The notes below the pieces were generated by a model, which searched no databases, was not told the origin of the DNA, and saw nothing but the letters and a program-made list of their open reading frames with translations. Of a DNA stretch of 64,000 bases, positions 22,495-35,098 are shown piece after piece; the stretch's first letter is position 1, and each line of letters starts with the position of its first letter. This DNA comes from Escherichia coli. Its GTDB lineage: Bacteria > Pseudomonadota > Gammaproteobacteria > Enterobacterales > Enterobacteriaceae. The position numbers were made by a program, and so were the translations under genes. Location: NCBI RefSeq assembly GCF_044324785.1, contig NZ_CP172127.1. One strand, 5' to 3'.

Positions 22495-22853
22495 TGCAGT
22501 CTCTCGATCCACTCTTCGCGCGTTTATCCCGTTCAAAATTTCGCTCTCGCTTTCGTTTGGGCATGAAAGAGCGTCAGTATTGTCTGGAGAAAGGCGCGCC
22601 AGTCATCGAACAACATGCGGCGGATTTTGTCGCTAAACGTCTTGCTCCGGCATTACCGGCTAATGACGGTAAGCAAACCCCCATGCGCGGGCATCCGGTG
22701 TTTATCGCTCAGCACGCCACCGCGACCTGCTGTCGCGGTTGTCTGGCTAAGTGGCATAACATTCCGCAGGGTGTTTCGTTAAGCGAGCAACAACAACGTT
22801 ATATCGTGGCGGTAATCTATCACTGGCTGGTTATACAGATGAATCAGCCATGA
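22494..22853 (+). CDS. yneG: Conserved protein YneG (DUF4186)
   Basis: 119-aa ORF whose ATG overlaps the glsB stop (TAATG), suggesting translational coupling. Confidence 0.7.
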   Translation: MQSLDPLFARLSRSKFRSRFRLGMKERQYCLEKGAPVIEQHAADFVAKRLAPALPANDGKQTPMRGHPVFIAQHATATCCRGCLAKWHNIPQGVSLSEQQQRYIVAVIYHWLVIQMNQP

Positions 22854-22991
22854 GAATTGCGGAAAACGATAAAATAGCATTCCCAGGGTATCTTTATTTG
22901 CCGCCGCTGTCAGCGAACATGCTATCCTTTATGAGAATTTACTTATTACGTTGAGATAATTGCCACCCGCAATTGTATGGACAGATAATTA

Positions 22992-24410
22992 ATGCATGTA
23001 CACCCCATTTCAACTTTCCGTGTGTTCCAGGAAGGTCATCTGCTACGTAATAGCATCGCTATTTTTGCGCTAACCACGCTGTTCTATTTTATTGGTGCAG
23101 AGTTACGGCTGGTTCACGAACTTTCTCTTTTCTGGCCGCTGAATGGCGTAATGGCGGGGGTGTTTGCGCGCTATGTCTGGCTTAATCGACTGCATTACTA
23201 TGCGATCAGTTATGTGGCGATGCTGGTTTATGATGCCATAACCACCGAATGGGGACTGGTTTCACTGGCTATCAATTTCTCCAATATGATGTTTATTGTT
23301 ACCGTCGCCTTACTGGTCGTGCGGGATAAGCGTCTGGGGAAAAATAAGTATGAGCCAGTAAGTGCCTTACGGCTATTTAATTACTGTCTGATTGCCGCAT
23401 TATTATGCGCTATTGTCGGGGCGATTGGTTCGGTCAGTATTGATAGTCTGGATTTCTGGCCTTTGCTTGCCGACTGGTTCAGTGAGCAATTCTCAACGGG
23501 CGTGTTGATCGTGCCTTGTATGCTGACATTGGCAATTCCTGGAGTGCTGCCGCGCTTTAAAGCAGAACAGATGATGCCCGCTATCGCGCTTATTGTGTCG
23601 GTTATTGCCTCGGTAGTCATTGGCGGAGCGGGGAGTCTGGCGTTCCCGCTGCCTGCATTAATCTGGTGTGCAGTGCGCTATACGCCGCAGGTAACATGTC
23701 TGTTGACCTTTGTTACCGGTGCGGTGGAAATCGTACTGGTGGCAAATTCGGTGATTGATATCTCGGTCGGTTCGCCGTTCTCCATTCCGGAAATGTTCTC
23801 CGCACGTCTCGGTATTGCTACGATGGCGATATGCCCAATTATGGTTTCTTTTAGCGTGGCAGCGATCAATTCGCTAATGAAGCAAGTTGCGCTGCGAGCC
23901 GACTTTGATTTTCTGACTCAGGTTTACTCACGGTCCGGTCTTTATGAGGCGCTGAAAAGTCCATCGCTGAAACAGACACAACATCTGACTGTCATGCTGC
24001 TTGATATCGACTATTTCAAAAGCATTAACGATAACTATGGACATGAATGTGGCGATAAAGTGTTAAGCGTGTTTGCCCAGCATATTCAGAAGATTGTCGG
24101 TGATAAGGGGCTGGTGGCGCGAATGGGCGGCGAAGAATTTGCTGTTGCAGTGCCATCAGTGAATCCTGTCGATGGTCTGCTAATGGCGGAAAAAATCCGT
24201 AAAGGCGTTGAACTGCAACCGTTCACCTGGCAACAAAAAACGCTTTATCTCACGGTAAGTATTGGCGTCGGTAGTGGTTGCGCATCGTACCGAACGCTGA
24301 CCGATGACTTTAATAAATTGATGGTCGAAGCTGATACGTGTCTGTATCGCTCGAAGAAAGATGGGCGCAACCGTACCAGCACTATGCGTTACGGTGAGGA
24401 AGTTGTCTGA
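22992..24410 (+). CDS. dgcF: Membrane-anchored diguanylate cyclase (GGDEF)
   Basis: 472-aa ORF with an N-terminal multi-TM sensor region and a C-terminal GGDEF domain (RMGGEEFAVAV). The true start may be an internal codon. Confidence 0.75.
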   Translation: MHVHPISTFRVFQEGHLLRNSIAIFALTTLFYFIGAELRLVHELSLFWPLNGVMAGVFARYVWLNRLHYYAISYVAMLVYDAITTEWGLVSLAINFSNMMFIVTVALLVVRDKRLGKNKYEPVSALRLFNYCLIAALLCAIVGAIGSVSIDSLDFWPLLADWFSEQFSTGVLIVPCMLTLAIPGVLPRFKAEQMMPAIALIVSVIASVVIGGAGSLAFPLPALIWCAVRYTPQVTCLLTFVTGAVEIVLVANSVIDISVGSPFSIPEMFSARLGIATMAICPIMVSFSVAAINSLMKQVALRADFDFLTQVYSRSGLYEALKSPSLKQTQHLTVMLLDIDYFKSINDNYGHECGDKVLSVFAQHIQKIVGDKGLVARMGGEEFAVAVPSVNPVDGLLMAEKIRKGVELQPFTWQQKTLYLTVSIGVGSGCASYRTLTDDFNKLMVEADTCLYRSKKDGRNRTSTMRYGEEVV

Positions 24411-24636
24411 CATCTTTATTCATTCTGCGCGATTTAAATGCAATGTGTTCTACCACTTTATGATCGAAGAAAAGGCGTATTTCCTCGATTAAACCATGAT
24501 CCGCGCCACACTTTTCTCATAAAACTGCTCATTAATCATCAGGAGTTGATCAAAACAGGGGTTCGGCGTATTAAAGTTTGCTAACCTGTCGTACCAATTC
24601 AAACAGGTTGTATGACTAATCAGAAGGGAACCCATT

Positions 24637-26088
24637 GTGAAAACACTAAAACGTCGCGATTTTCCCGGTGCACAGTATCCAGAACGTATCATTCAGTTTG
24701 GTGAAGGTAACTTCCTGCGCGCCTTTGTTGACTGGCAAATTGATCTCCTGAATGAGCACACCGATCTGAATTCTGGCGTGGTCGTTGTTCGTCCGATTGA
24801 AACTTCATTCCCGCCGTCACTGAGCACGCAGGATGGTCTGTACACCACCATTATCCGTGGTCTGAACGAGAAGGGGGAAGCGGTCAGCGACGCGCGTCTG
24901 ATTCGCTCGGTTAATCGTGAAATCAGCGTCTACAGTGAATACGATGAATTCCTGAAACTGGCGCACAACCCGGAAATGCGCTTTGTTTTCTCTAACACCA
25001 CCGAAGCGGGTATCAGCTACCATGCGGGCGATAAATTCGATGACGCGCCAGCGGTAAGTTATCCGGCAAAACTGACACGTCTGCTTTTCGAGCGTTTTAG
25101 CCATTTCAACGGTGCGCTGGATAAAGGTTGGATCATCATCCCGTGTGAGTTGATCGACTACAATGGCGACGCGTTGCGTGAACTGGTGCTGCGCTATGCG
25201 CAAGAGTGGGCACTGCCAGAAGCATTTATTCAATGGCTGGATCAGGCTAACAGCTTCTGTTCTACGCTGGTGGACCGTATCGTTACCGGTTATCCGCGCG
25301 ATGAAGTGGCTAAACTGGAAGAAGAACTGGGTTATCACGATGGTTTCCTCGACACCGCTGAACACTTTTACCTGTTTGTGATTCAGGGGCCGAAATCCTT
25401 AGCGACTGAACTGCGTCTGGACAAATATCCGCTCAACGTGCTGATTGTTGACGATATTAAACCGTATAAAGAACGCAAAGTGGCAATACTCAACGGTGCG
25501 CACACCGCGCTGGTGCCGGTAGCGTTCCAGGCAGGGCTGGATACCGTAGGTGAAGCGATGAACGATGCTGAAATTTGCGCATTCGTTGAAAAAGCCATCT
25601 ACGAAGAAATTATTCCGGTACTGGATTTGCCACGCGATGAGCTGGAGTCTTTCGCCAGTGCAGTCACCGGACGTTTCCGTAACCCGTACATCAAGCATCA
25701 GCTGCTGTCTATCGCGCTCAACGGTATGACCAAGTTCCGCACCCGTATCCTGCCGCAGCTGCTGGCAGGGCAGAAGGCAAACGGCACACTTCCGGCGCGC
25801 CTTACTTTCGCATTAGCGGCATTGATTGCGTTTTATCGCGGTGAGCGTAACGGAGAAACATATCCGGTACAGGACGATGCACACTGGCTGGAACGTTATC
25901 AGCAACTCTGGAGCCAGCATCGTGACCGTGTTATCGGCACCCAGGAACTGGTAGCGATTGTTTTGGCAGAAAAAGACCACTGGGAGCAGGACCTGACGCA
26001 AGTGCCTGGACTGGTCGAGCAGGTTGCTAAGGACCTGGATGCGATTCTCGAAAAAGGAATGCGCGAAGCTGTACGCCCGTTGTGCTAA
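24637..26088 (+). CDS. uxaB: Altronate oxidoreductase (tagaturonate reductase)
   Basis: 483-aa mannitol-dehydrogenase-family ORF with a GTG start ([30 protein letters not shown]). Confidence 0.85.
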   Translation: MKTLKRRDFPGAQYPERIIQFGEGNFLRAFVDWQIDLLNEHTDLNSGVVVVRPIETSFPPSLSTQDGLYTTIIRGLNEKGEAVSDARLIRSVNREISVYSEYDEFLKLAHNPEMRFVFSNTTEAGISYHAGDKFDDAPAVSYPAKLTRLLFERFSHFNGALDKGWIIIPCELIDYNGDALRELVLRYAQEWALPEAFIQWLDQANSFCSTLVDRIVTGYPRDEVAKLEEELGYHDGFLDTAEHFYLFVIQGPKSLATELRLDKYPLNVLIVDDIKPYKERKVAILNGAHTALVPVAFQAGLDTVGEAMNDAEICAFVEKAIYEEIIPVLDLPRDELESFASAVTGRFRNPYIKHQLLSIALNGMTKFRTRILPQLLAGQKANGTLPARLTFALAALIAFYRGERNGETYPVQDDAHWLERYQQLWSQHRDRVIGTQELVAIVLAEKDHWEQDLTQVPGLVEQVAKDLDAILEKGMREAVRPLC

Positions 26089-26284
26089 TACTCTGAACCC
26101 GGTTTCGACCGGGTTTCTCATTTCACTATATTAGTTACAACATCCTATATGCCTTTATCATTAACAGGTGCCACATGCAGCATCTGTTAATGTTGTAAGC
26201 TTGTAGGTAATTTGTACGTAGCGTCTTGAGAATGTGATCGTAATCACGTTTAATAGGGCGACTTTTCCACGCCTGAAGATAACC

Positions 26285-27199
26285 ATGATTGTTCGTCCAC
26301 AACAACACTGGCTGCGCCGTATTTTTGTCTGGCATGGCTCAGTATTATCCAAGATATCCTCGCGCTTACTACTCAATTTTCTCTTTTCTATCGCTGTTAT
26401 TTTCATGCTGCCCTGGTACACGCATCTGGGCATCAAATTCACCCTCGCACCGTTCAGCATTCTCGGTGTCGCCATCGCCATTTTTCTTGGTTTTCGTAAT
26501 AATGCCGGGTACGCCCGTTACGTTGAAGCGCGAAAACTTTGGGGGCAGTTGATGATTGCCTCACGGTCGTTACTGCGGGAGGTAAAAACGACATTGCCGG
26601 ATTCGGCAAGTGTAAAGGAGTTTGCCCGGCTGCAAATCGCCTTCGCTCACTGTTTACGCATGACATTACGCAAACAGCCACAGGCGGAAGTGCTGGCACA
26701 TTATCTCAAGACTGAAGATCTTCAGCGTGTACTGGCTTCGAACTCTCCAGCTAACCGTATCTTGTTAATAATGGGAGAATGGTTGGCGGTTCAGCGCCGC
26801 AATGGACAGCTTTCAGATATCCTGTTTATTAGCTTCAACGATCGGCTTAACGATATTTCAGCGGTTCTGGCAGGCTGCGAGCGCATTGCCTATACGCCAA
26901 TTCCCTTTGCCTACACCCTGATTTTGCATCGTACCGTTTATCTGTTTTGTATCATGCTGCCGTTCGCGCTGGTCGTGGATCTGCATTACATGACGCCTTT
27001 TATCTCTGTGCTGATTTCCTACACTTTTATTTCGCTGGATTGTCTGGCGGAAGAACTGGAAGATCCCTTCGGTACTGAAAACAATGATTTACCGCTGGAT
27101 GCTATCTGCAACGCTATTGAAATTGACCTGTTACAGATGAACGATGAAGCAGAAATTCCGGCAAAAATTCTTCCCGATCGTCATTACCAGCTGACGTAA
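26285..27199 (+). CDS. yneE: Bestrophin-family (UPF0187) membrane protein
   Basis: 304 aa from the internal Met MIVRPQQHW...; bestrophin-like TM topology. Confidence 0.75.
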   Translation: MIVRPQQHWLRRIFVWHGSVLSKISSRLLLNFLFSIAVIFMLPWYTHLGIKFTLAPFSILGVAIAIFLGFRNNAGYARYVEARKLWGQLMIASRSLLREVKTTLPDSASVKEFARLQIAFAHCLRMTLRKQPQAEVLAHYLKTEDLQRVLASNSPANRILLIMGEWLAVQRRNGQLSDILFISFNDRLNDISAVLAGCERIAYTPIPFAYTLILHRTVYLFCIMLPFALVVDLHYMTPFISVLISYTFISLDCLAEELEDPFGTENNDLPLDAICNAIEIDLLQMNDEAEIPAKILPDRHYQLT

Positions 27200-27202
27200 G
27201 AT

Positions 27203-27961
27203 TTACTCCGTACGCTGGGCAACAATAAACAGACGCGGAAATGCCAGCAGTATCTGTCCGTTCTCTTGCAGTGGATACTGCTCTTCCAGCATCTGATGGT
27301 AGCGCGTAAGAAAATGCTGCTGTTCGCTCTCGGTCAGATCCTGTAACCACGGACGTAATCCAGTGGCGGTCACCCAATCGATAATCGCCTGGTGCGACGG
27401 CATCTGGTGATAGTAGGTGGTTCGCCAGATATCGACCTCACATCCGGCTTCGCTCAAAATATCGTAGTAAGCATGAACGCCAGCCAGCGGCTCACGCCCG
27501 CGATCCGGATAATTTTGTTCCCAGGCGACTTCGCGCATGAGCACATGGGTTGGCTCTAGCCAGTTATCTGGCATCTGTACTGCCAACACACCATGCGAAT
27601 TAAGTAAAGAAACCAGATGAGGGAACAATTCGTAGTGGTCGGGCAGCCATTGCAGTGAGGCATTAGCAAAAATCAGATCGAGTGCCTGTTCCGGTTGCCA
27701 GTTGCGGATGTCTGCTTCCACGAACTGGCAATCTGGCAAAGCACTGCGCGCTTCAGCAATCATCGCCGGAGACGAGTCGATGCCTGTTATCCTGGCCGCA
27801 GGCCAACGTTGATGCAGCAGGGCGGTGCTGTTACCTGGGCCACAGCCAAGATCGGCAACGTATTTGATATTCTCCAGCGGCACTCTGGCAAGCAGCTCCA
27901 CCGCCGGACGCGATCGTTCAGCGGCAAAGTGCAGATATAAAGAGGGGTTCCAGTCAGACAT
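27203..27961 (-). CDS. tam: Trans-aconitate 2-methyltransferase
   Basis: 252-aa ORF with a SAM-binding [10 protein letters not shown] motif. Confidence 0.85.
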   Translation of the reverse strand: MSDWNPSLYLHFAAERSRPAVELLARVPLENIKYVADLGCGPGNSTALLHQRWPAARITGIDSSPAMIAEARSALPDCQFVEADIRNWQPEQALDLIFANASLQWLPDHYELFPHLVSLLNSHGVLAVQMPDNWLEPTHVLMREVAWEQNYPDRGREPLAGVHAYYDILSEAGCEVDIWRTTYYHQMPSHQAIIDWVTATGLRPWLQDLTESEQQHFLTRYHQMLEEQYPLQENGQILLAFPRLFIVAQRTE

Positions 27962-28017
27962 TTATTTACTCCCGTCAGTGCGTTACCCCAATTGTAGATA
28001 AAACTGATAAATTCGCC

Positions 28018-28308
28018 TCACGGCATCAACCCATTGAACAGACGTTTTTTACGCGGCCCGGTCATTAAAGATTCCAGTTTCGCGACACAGGTTTTGTAGT
28101 GGGGCGTGGTTTTATGGAACGCCACTGCGTCTTCATCTTTATAGGCTTCGTAAATATAAAAGCGCGAATTCACTTCCGGGTCCTGTAAGACATCGAAGCG
28201 CAAATTGCCTGATTCCTGTACCGAGCCCAGGTGGTTCTGGCGAAAAACTTCGATAAACTCGTCAACCTTGTCTTCATGAACGTTAATTTCAACCAGTGTG
28301 ACGTGCAT
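28018..28308 (-). CDS. lsrG: LsrG, (4S)-4-hydroxy-5-phosphonooxypentane-2,3-dione isomerase (phospho-AI-2 processing)
   Basis: 96-aa antibiotic-biosynthesis-monooxygenase-like ORF, last gene of the lsr operon. Confidence 0.85.
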   Translation of the reverse strand: MHVTLVEINVHEDKVDEFIEVFRQNHLGSVQESGNLRFDVLQDPEVNSRFYIYEAYKDEDAVAFHKTTPHYKTCVAKLESLMTGPRKKRLFNGLMP

Positions 28309-28331
28309 AATTCTTCTCCTTAAATCCGCAG

Positions 28332-29207
28332 TTACTGTTTTTCACTCAGATAGAGTTCATATGCCCGATCAGCCGTTTCGTTATGGTGTACCACCGCCTG
28401 TACGGCTTTCATCATCGCCACCGGATGGTCAGACTGGAAAATATTACGCCCCATATCCACACCAGAAGCGCCCTGATCGATAGCCTGCCAGCACATTTCC
28501 AGCGCCTCGCGCTCCGGTAATTTTTTACCGCCAGCAATAACAATGGGTACCGGACATCCGGCAACAATCCGTTCAAAACCTTTATCGACATAATAGGTTT
28601 TGATAATTTGCGCCCCCATTTCAGCGGCGATTCGAGTCGCGAGCGAGAAATAACGCTGATCGCGCACCATATCTTTGCCCACGCCTGTCACGGCCATGGT
28701 CGGCATTCCCACTTTCATTCCGGCATCGACCAGCTGAATAATATTTTTGATCGACTGATGTTCATATTCGCTGCCGATATAAACCTGCGCCGCCACCGCG
28801 CAACTGTTCAGGCGCACGGCGTCATCCATCGATAACGCCACGGCTTCATTACTTAATTCCGCCAGAATAGAGTTCGCACCTGACGCCCGCAGTACCACCG
28901 GCTTATTGGTCGCCGGGGGAACTACGCTGCGCAAAATGCCGCGCGTACACATTAATACATCGGCATGTTCAAACAGCGGGGCGATATTTATATCAATGCG
29001 TTCAAGTCCGGTAGTCGGCCCCTGAAAATAACCATGGTCAAAGGCCAACATCACGGTTTTACCCGTTTTCGGATTAAATATCCGCGATAAGCGTGACTGC
29101 ATTCCCCAATCCAGTGCACCGCAACCTTTCAGGGTAAAAGGGATATTATGTTGCGGTTGATCGATACGAAAATCTTTACCATCTTTAATATCATCTAAAT
29201 CTGCCAT
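28332..29207 (-). CDS. lsrF: LsrF, aldolase-like thiolase (3-hydroxy-5-phosphonooxypentane-2,4-dione thiolase)
   Basis: 291-aa DeoC/FbaB-type aldolase-fold ORF. Confidence 0.85.
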   Translation of the reverse strand: MADLDDIKDGKDFRIDQPQHNIPFTLKGCGALDWGMQSRLSRIFNPKTGKTVMLAFDHGYFQGPTTGLERIDINIAPLFEHADVLMCTRGILRSVVPPATNKPVVLRASGANSILAELSNEAVALSMDDAVRLNSCAVAAQVYIGSEYEHQSIKNIIQLVDAGMKVGMPTMAVTGVGKDMVRDQRYFSLATRIAAEMGAQIIKTYYVDKGFERIVAGCPVPIVIAGGKKLPEREALEMCWQAIDQGASGVDMGRNIFQSDHPVAMMKAVQAVVHHNETADRAYELYLSEKQ

Positions 29208-29233
29208 AACTTACTCCGGTTAAGTAATGCACA

Positions 29234-30256
29234 TCAGAAATCGTATTTGCCGATATTCTCTTTGTTGAATATCACGCGCTCCGGTAACAGTACGATGCCA
29301 TTACCATCCGCTTCGTAGTCATAGCCCTGAACGCTGTTTGGCGAGACTTCCACCTGACCTACGCCCTGAATATCCAGCTTGTCGCCCGTTTTCATTGATC
29401 CTTTTTTCAATAATGCATCCGCGACATAAACTGATATTTTGCCTTGCTGAACCACATCCCACAGGCCAAATTCTTTCACCGTGCCGCGTTCCACATATGG
29501 ACGCATCACGTTTGGCGTACTGAATCCGACAATCGCAACTTTGTCATTTTTCAGGTTTTCTGCGGCTTGTGCGGCAGCGGGCAGGGCATTGGCATCGGGG
29601 GCGATAATGGCGTCGAGATCGCTATACGCTTTTAATATTCCTTCTGCGGTTTGTAATGATTTAGTGGCATCGTTATAGCCAAACTGCGTAGTGACAATTT
29701 CCCAGCCAGGATGCTCTTTGGCGATTTTCGCTTTCGCTTCTTTCACCCACTGGTTTTGGTCCGTAACGGTGGGGCTTGAGTAGAAAAACGCGACTTTGGC
29801 TTTGTCTTTATTCACCTGACGCGCCGCCATATCCACCAACATACCTCCCAACTGGGCGGGCGTTCCCTGATTAATGTAGTAAGAGCGGCACTCCGGTTTA
29901 GTATCAGAGTCCCAGGTCAGCACTCTCACACCACGTTGCATGGCGCGTTTCAGTGCCGGACACAAGCCATCAGGCGAAACCGCAGAAACGATAATGGCGT
30001 TATAACCCTGATTGACGAAGTTATTAATCAACTGTACCTGACCAGAAACACTGGGTTCTGTCGGCCCGTCGTAGGTCACATCAACGCCCAGCTCTTTACC
30101 CGCTTGTTGTGCGCCGTTGCCACCGCTGGTAAAAAATCCCACGCCAACCAGTTTGGGAATAAATGCAATACGCTCTGCGGCCTGCACATTCATAGAGATT
30201 GCGGCAATGCCAAACGCGCTAAGTAAGGCGATTTTCTTAAAGCGATGAAGTGTCAT
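29234..30256 (-). CDS. lsrB: LsrB, periplasmic AI-2 binding protein
   Basis: 340-aa ORF with a signal peptide; periplasmic sugar-binding family. Confidence 0.85.
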   Translation of the reverse strand: MTLHRFKKIALLSAFGIAAISMNVQAAERIAFIPKLVGVGFFTSGGNGAQQAGKELGVDVTYDGPTEPSVSGQVQLINNFVNQGYNAIIVSAVSPDGLCPALKRAMQRGVRVLTWDSDTKPECRSYYINQGTPAQLGGMLVDMAARQVNKDKAKVAFFYSSPTVTDQNQWVKEAKAKIAKEHPGWEIVTTQFGYNDATKSLQTAEGILKAYSDLDAIIAPDANALPAAAQAAENLKNDKVAIVGFSTPNVMRPYVERGTVKEFGLWDVVQQGKISVYVADALLKKGSMKTGDKLDIQGVGQVEVSPNSVQGYDYEADGNGIVLLPERVIFNKENIGKYDF

Positions 30257-30267
30257 GAAGATATCCT

Positions 30268-31260
30268 TTATGGCAATGGGTTATTGGCCCGACGCGCCAG
30301 CCACTCTCTAATTTGCTGGCGATGCAGGCTAACGGAACGACCTACGACAACGACGATAAGTAGCGCACCGGAAAGGGCGCTGGACACCTGATTTGGCACT
30401 CCTGCCATTTGCAAACCTTGTTGCAAATATCCCACTAATAAAACCGCAATGGCGGTGCCGATAATGGAACCAGAACCACCATAAATATTGGCGCCGCCGA
30501 GGACTACGGCGGTGATGGCGGGCATCAGAAACGACGCACCGAGATCGGAACGTGCTGAACCAAAATACGATACCAGCAGCACAGCGGCGACCGCAGACGC
30601 CAGCCCCGTCATGGCATAGAGCGCACACAAGGTGCGGTTAACTGGAATCGCGCTATAAACCGCCACGCGCGGGCTTTGCCCAATCAAAAACACATTACGT
30701 CCGGCATGGGTTTTATGCAGCCAGAGCCAGAAAACGAGGAGACATATCAGGAAGATAATCAGCGGAACGGGGAGTCCCAGCACATCCAGGTTAGCGAAAT
30801 CTGTAAACGCCATCGGGAATCCACCAATACCTTCGTACCCCGTCGCTCCGGCCATACCGGAAAGCAGCAGAGCGCTTCCGGCAAACAGATACAGCGTGCC
30901 AAGCGTAATCACCAGCGGGTTAACTTTGGTATAGATAATTAATCCGGCGTTGATCAGCCCGCACAATGCGCCGAGCAGTAAGGTCAGGAGTATCGCCAGC
31001 GGCATCGGCACACCACTTTGAAACAGTACGCCCAATGCAATGGCGCAGAGGCCGATGGTCGAACCAAACGAAATATCGATCCCGCCACTGACAATCACCA
31101 TCGTCAGCGGTAGGGCGACAATGCCAATGCAGATAAAGTCACTGGTGCTGAACAGCAACATATTGAGATCTAACATCCGCGGGTTAATTGCACCAAATGC
31201 AACAATCTCAATAACGAGCAGTGCGGCAAGAGCCAGTTCCCAACCGTAGCGAATACGCAT
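30268..31260 (-). CDS. lsrD: LsrD, AI-2 ABC transporter permease
   Basis: 330-aa ribose-type ABC permease. Confidence 0.85.
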   Translation of the reverse strand: MRIRYGWELALAALLVIEIVAFGAINPRMLDLNMLLFSTSDFICIGIVALPLTMVIVSGGIDISFGSTIGLCAIALGVLFQSGVPMPLAILLTLLLGALCGLINAGLIIYTKVNPLVITLGTLYLFAGSALLLSGMAGATGYEGIGGFPMAFTDFANLDVLGLPVPLIIFLICLLVFWLWLHKTHAGRNVFLIGQSPRVAVYSAIPVNRTLCALYAMTGLASAVAAVLLVSYFGSARSDLGASFLMPAITAVVLGGANIYGGSGSIIGTAIAVLLVGYLQQGLQMAGVPNQVSSALSGALLIVVVVGRSVSLHRQQIREWLARRANNPLP

Positions 31261-32289
31261 TACGCGGCCTCCCGTTTTTTACCTGACGAAGCGGGTTTAA
31301 CGGATGGCGGTGGCATCATAAAGCGGGCATATTTTTGCCGCCGCAGATTACGTTCCAGCGCACAACGCAGGCGTCCATCAAACACCAGCACCGCCAGCAG
31401 AACCATGCCCGCGATAAAATCATTCCACCATGCCGGAATGCGCAACAGCACCAGTACACTATCGATCTGCGTCAGGAACCATGCGCCGAGTACCGCACCG
31501 ATGATCGCGCCGGAACCGCCGAGCAAACTAATGCCGCCCAGCACGCAGGCTGCAATTGCTTTCATCTCCAGCCCGGTACCGGTCTGGTTGGGGATAAAAC
31601 CAATCTGCGAAGCAAACACAATTCCCGCCAGTGCCGCCATGCAGCCGTTCAACGAAAATGCCACAATGCGAATGGCTTCCGTACGAACGCCCAGTTGACG
31701 AGCGCCCTGTAAATTATCGCCCGTGGCATAAAAACTGCGTCCAAACGCCGTCTTCGCCAGCAGCCAGGCCATAAATGCCACCAGAATTATCGTCAACCAA
31801 CCAATTGCTGAAACGCCAAACAGTAGCGGGGCGGAGAGTTGTTTCAGTTCGGCAGGTAAGCCCTCAATCCATTTACCGCCAGTCCACAGCAACATGATGC
31901 CCCTGTACAATCCTAATGTACCGAGCGTGGCAACAATGGCAGGGATCTTTAGCCACGCGACCAGGACACCGTTGAAAAATCCCGCGAGCAAACCAAGCAG
32001 TAAAGTCGCGACACAAGCAACAGGTAGTGAATACCCCGCGTTCAGTAACATCCCCAACAGCACCGCGCACATTCCGGTAATCGAACCCCACTGAAACATC
32101 AATATTGCGCGTAAGCATTACCAGCGTCGCGCCCATTGCCAGCAGGATCAGGATTTGCGCGCTGCTATAAACCATGGTCAGCGTTTGCACACTTAAATAC
32201 TGACGGTCGAGAAAACCGGGTAATACAAACAGCAGTACCACCGCCAGCAGTGCCGTGATTTCACGGTTGTTCTGGATAAACTTCAGCAT
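31260..32289 (-). pseudogene. lsrC: LsrC, AI-2 ABC transporter permease, apparently disrupted by a +1 frameshift
   Basis: Two overlapping minus-strand ORFs (31873-32289 and 31260-32102). The upstream one reads as a permease N-terminus for about 68 codons (...NIDVSVG) then turns into Cys/His/Arg-rich nonsense; the downstream one resumes permease sequence ([17 protein letters not shown]...) in another frame. The junction is at a G4 run (C4 on +, 32086-32089). Confidence 0.65.
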
Positions 32290-33818
32290 GATGCCTCCTG
32301 ACGCTGACTATCGCCGAAGGCAACGCGCATAATGGTCTCGACATTAATATCGCGCCCGGTCAGTGCAGAGTGGGCAATTTCGCCCTGATGCATCACATAT
32401 ACGCGATCTGCCATCAGTTCGATCTCTTCCAGGTCGGAGGAGATAAGCAGCACAGCCACATTTTGTGCGGCGATGCCGCGCAACAGCTGGTAGATATCAT
32501 TACGGGCCGAGACATCCACGCCGCGCGTCGGCTCATCGACAATCAATACTTGCGGCGAAGCTTCCAGGCATTTGGCAATCAGGATTTTTTGCTGGTTGCC
32601 ACCGGATAATGTCCGTGCAGCTTGTTCCGGTTGGTTAAATTTAATATTCAGCGCCCGACGATAACGTTCCAGGGTGGCATTATCTTTCGCGGTTTTCGCC
32701 CAGAATCCACGAAGGTTATGAGTAAGGGCGCAGACGTTCCAGGCCAGCGAAGCATCAAGATTCAGTCCGGATGACTGGCGATCTTCCGGCAGATAAACCA
32801 GACCGCGCAGTAAACGTTCTCCGGTGGATAATCTATTGATCTCTTTACCATTCAGCATAATGCGTCCGCCACGCAAAGTACGCAGACCATAGAGCGTCTC
32901 GGCCAGTTCTGTGCGTCCGGCTCCCACCAGCCCAGCCAGGCCCAGAATTTCTCCGGCATTGAGCGTCAGGCTGACATTCCTGAAACCTTCGCCGGTCAGA
33001 TTTTCCAGTGTCAGCACCGGCGTTCCCGCGGCATGTTGTGGGCGGTTGCCAGGTAATTCCAGCCATAATTTTTGGCTGGCAGAGCGCGATTTTTCCCGTA
33101 GCGCTGGCGTAATGGCCTGAATAATGTCGTCGGTAGACAGTTCGCTGGTTTTGCCGCTTAAGGCGATGGTTCCGTCGCGCATCACGCTAATTCGGTCGGC
33201 AATCTGGCGAATTTCCGGCAGCTTATGCGAGATAAAAACAATACCCACGCCAGTGGCAAGCAGCTCTTGCAAGCGACTAAACAAGCGTTCGGTTTCCGCA
33301 GGGGTAAGCGAGGCGGTAGGTTCATCGAGGATCAGAATCCGCGAGTCGCGCATCAGCCCGCGGAGGATTTCCACCATTTGGCGATCGGCGACATCCAGCG
33401 TTCCTGCCAGACTATGCAGATCAAACTGGCAGCCCAGCGCCGCCAGCAAGTTCTTCAGTTTCTGCATGGAGAGCTGTTTTTTTGCCAGCCCAAACAGAAT
33501 GTTTTCTTTTATCGACAGGCTTGGGAAAAGCAGCGGTTCCTGGGGAACGAGATAAATACCCAACTGATGAGCATGAACTGGCGTTAATCTGGTGTAGTTG
33601 TTGCCCCCAATCTCCAGCGTACCGCTATCAGCAGGGGTAATACCGGCAATAATCTTCATTAACGTCGATTTACCGGCACCATTGCCGCCGAGCAGGGCGT
33701 GGACCTCCCCCTGGTGCAACGTAAAATCGATGCCTTTCAGGACATTAACCCCTGAATACTGTTTATAAACCGAGCGGGCGCAAAGTAGCGGTAACGCGCG
33801 GGTATCACTCGTTTGCAT
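32283..33818 (-). CDS. lsrA: LsrA, AI-2 ABC transporter ATP-binding protein (duplicated ATPase domains)
   Basis: 511-aa ORF with two Walker A/B and signature motifs. Confidence 0.9.
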
Positions 33819-34066
33819 ATTTCCCCCGTTCAGTTTTGCAGGTGAGTTTTGAACAAATGTATTTCTGTTTTTAATTTGTTCATAACCTTAGGTGGACATT
33901 GCACATATTTCCGACGAATAGATCACAATTTATGCTATTTTGATTTTCATGGTTGCGTTTGTTCATACTCGTAGAGTCAAACTGTGGTTGCCATCACAGA
34001 TATAAATGCGCAAGAACTGAACAATTGCATTAAAGATTTAAGTATGTTCAAAGTGAAGAATGAATT
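33819..34066. promoter_or_regulatory. Divergent lsrA / lsrR promoter region
   Basis: 248-bp AT-rich intergenic region between divergent lsrA and lsrR; the known LsrR operator and CRP site location. Sites were not individually mapped. Confidence 0.55.
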
Positions 34067-35020
34067 ATGACAATCAACGATTCGGTAATTTCAGAACAGG
34101 GAATGTGTGAAGAAGAACAGGTCGCGCGGATTGCGTGGTTTTACTACCACGACGGGCTGACCCAGAGTGAGATCAGCGATCGTCTCGGCCTGACCCGTTT
34201 GAAAGTGTCGCGATTACTGGAGAAAGGGCATCAGTCCGGCATTATTCGCGTACAGATTAATTCTCGCTTTGAAGGCTGTCTGGAACATGAAACACAATTA
34301 CGTCGTCAGTTTTCGCTGCAACATGTCCGGGTGATCCCTGGGCTTGCGGATGCTGATGTCGGCGGGCGACTAGGGATAGGCGCGGCGCATATGTTGATGA
34401 GTTTACTTCAACCACAACAGATGCTGGCGATTGGTTTTGGCGAGGCAACCATGAATACGCTGCAACGCTTAAGTGGTTTTATTTCGTCGCAGCAAATTCG
34501 CCTGGTCACGCTCTCCGGTGGCGTCGGTTCTTATATGACGGGTATCGGGCAGCTTAACGCGGCGTGTAGTGTGAATATTATTCCGGCTCCGCTGCGGGCA
34601 TCCTCCGCTGATATTGCCCGTACGCTAAAAAATGAAAATTGCGTCAAAGATGTTCTGTTAGCCGCGCAAGCAGCGGATGTGGCGATTGTCGGCATTGGGG
34701 CCGTGAGTCAACAAGACGACGCGACGATCATTCGCTCCGGTTATATCAGCCAGGGCGAACAGTTAATGATTGGCCGAAAAGGGGCAGTTGGCGACATTTT
34801 AGGCTACTTTTTTGATGCAAAAGGTGACGTTGTCACGGATATCAAAATACATAACGAACTGATTGGCTTACCTTTAAGCGCGCTGAAGACCATTCCCGTC
34901 CGGGTTGGCGTGGCAGGGGGAGAAAATAAAGCCGAAGCCATTGCCGCTGCAATGAAAGGCGGCTATATCAACGCACTGGTTACCGATCAGGACACAGCAG
35001 CGGCGATTTTACGTAGTTAA
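34067..35020 (+). CDS. lsrR: LsrR, SorC-family repressor of the lsr operon
   Basis: 317-aa ORF with an N-terminal HTH and a SorC-type sugar-phosphate binding domain. Confidence 0.9.
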   Translation: MTINDSVISEQGMCEEEQVARIAWFYYHDGLTQSEISDRLGLTRLKVSRLLEKGHQSGIIRVQINSRFEGCLEHETQLRRQFSLQHVRVIPGLADADVGGRLGIGAAHMLMSLLQPQQMLAIGFGEATMNTLQRLSGFISSQQIRLVTLSGGVGSYMTGIGQLNAACSVNIIPAPLRASSADIARTLKNENCVKDVLLAAQAADVAIVGIGAVSQQDDATIIRSGYISQGEQLMIGRKGAVGDILGYFFDAKGDVVTDIKIHNELIGLPLSALKTIPVRVGVAGGENKAEAIAAAMKGGYINALVTDQDTAAAILRS

Positions 35021-35098
35021 ATTTGCATGACCTTATTACCGGGAATGATGGAGAACGTATAGAGGAACAGACAGAACGCATAAGCCGAGGATAATCTA

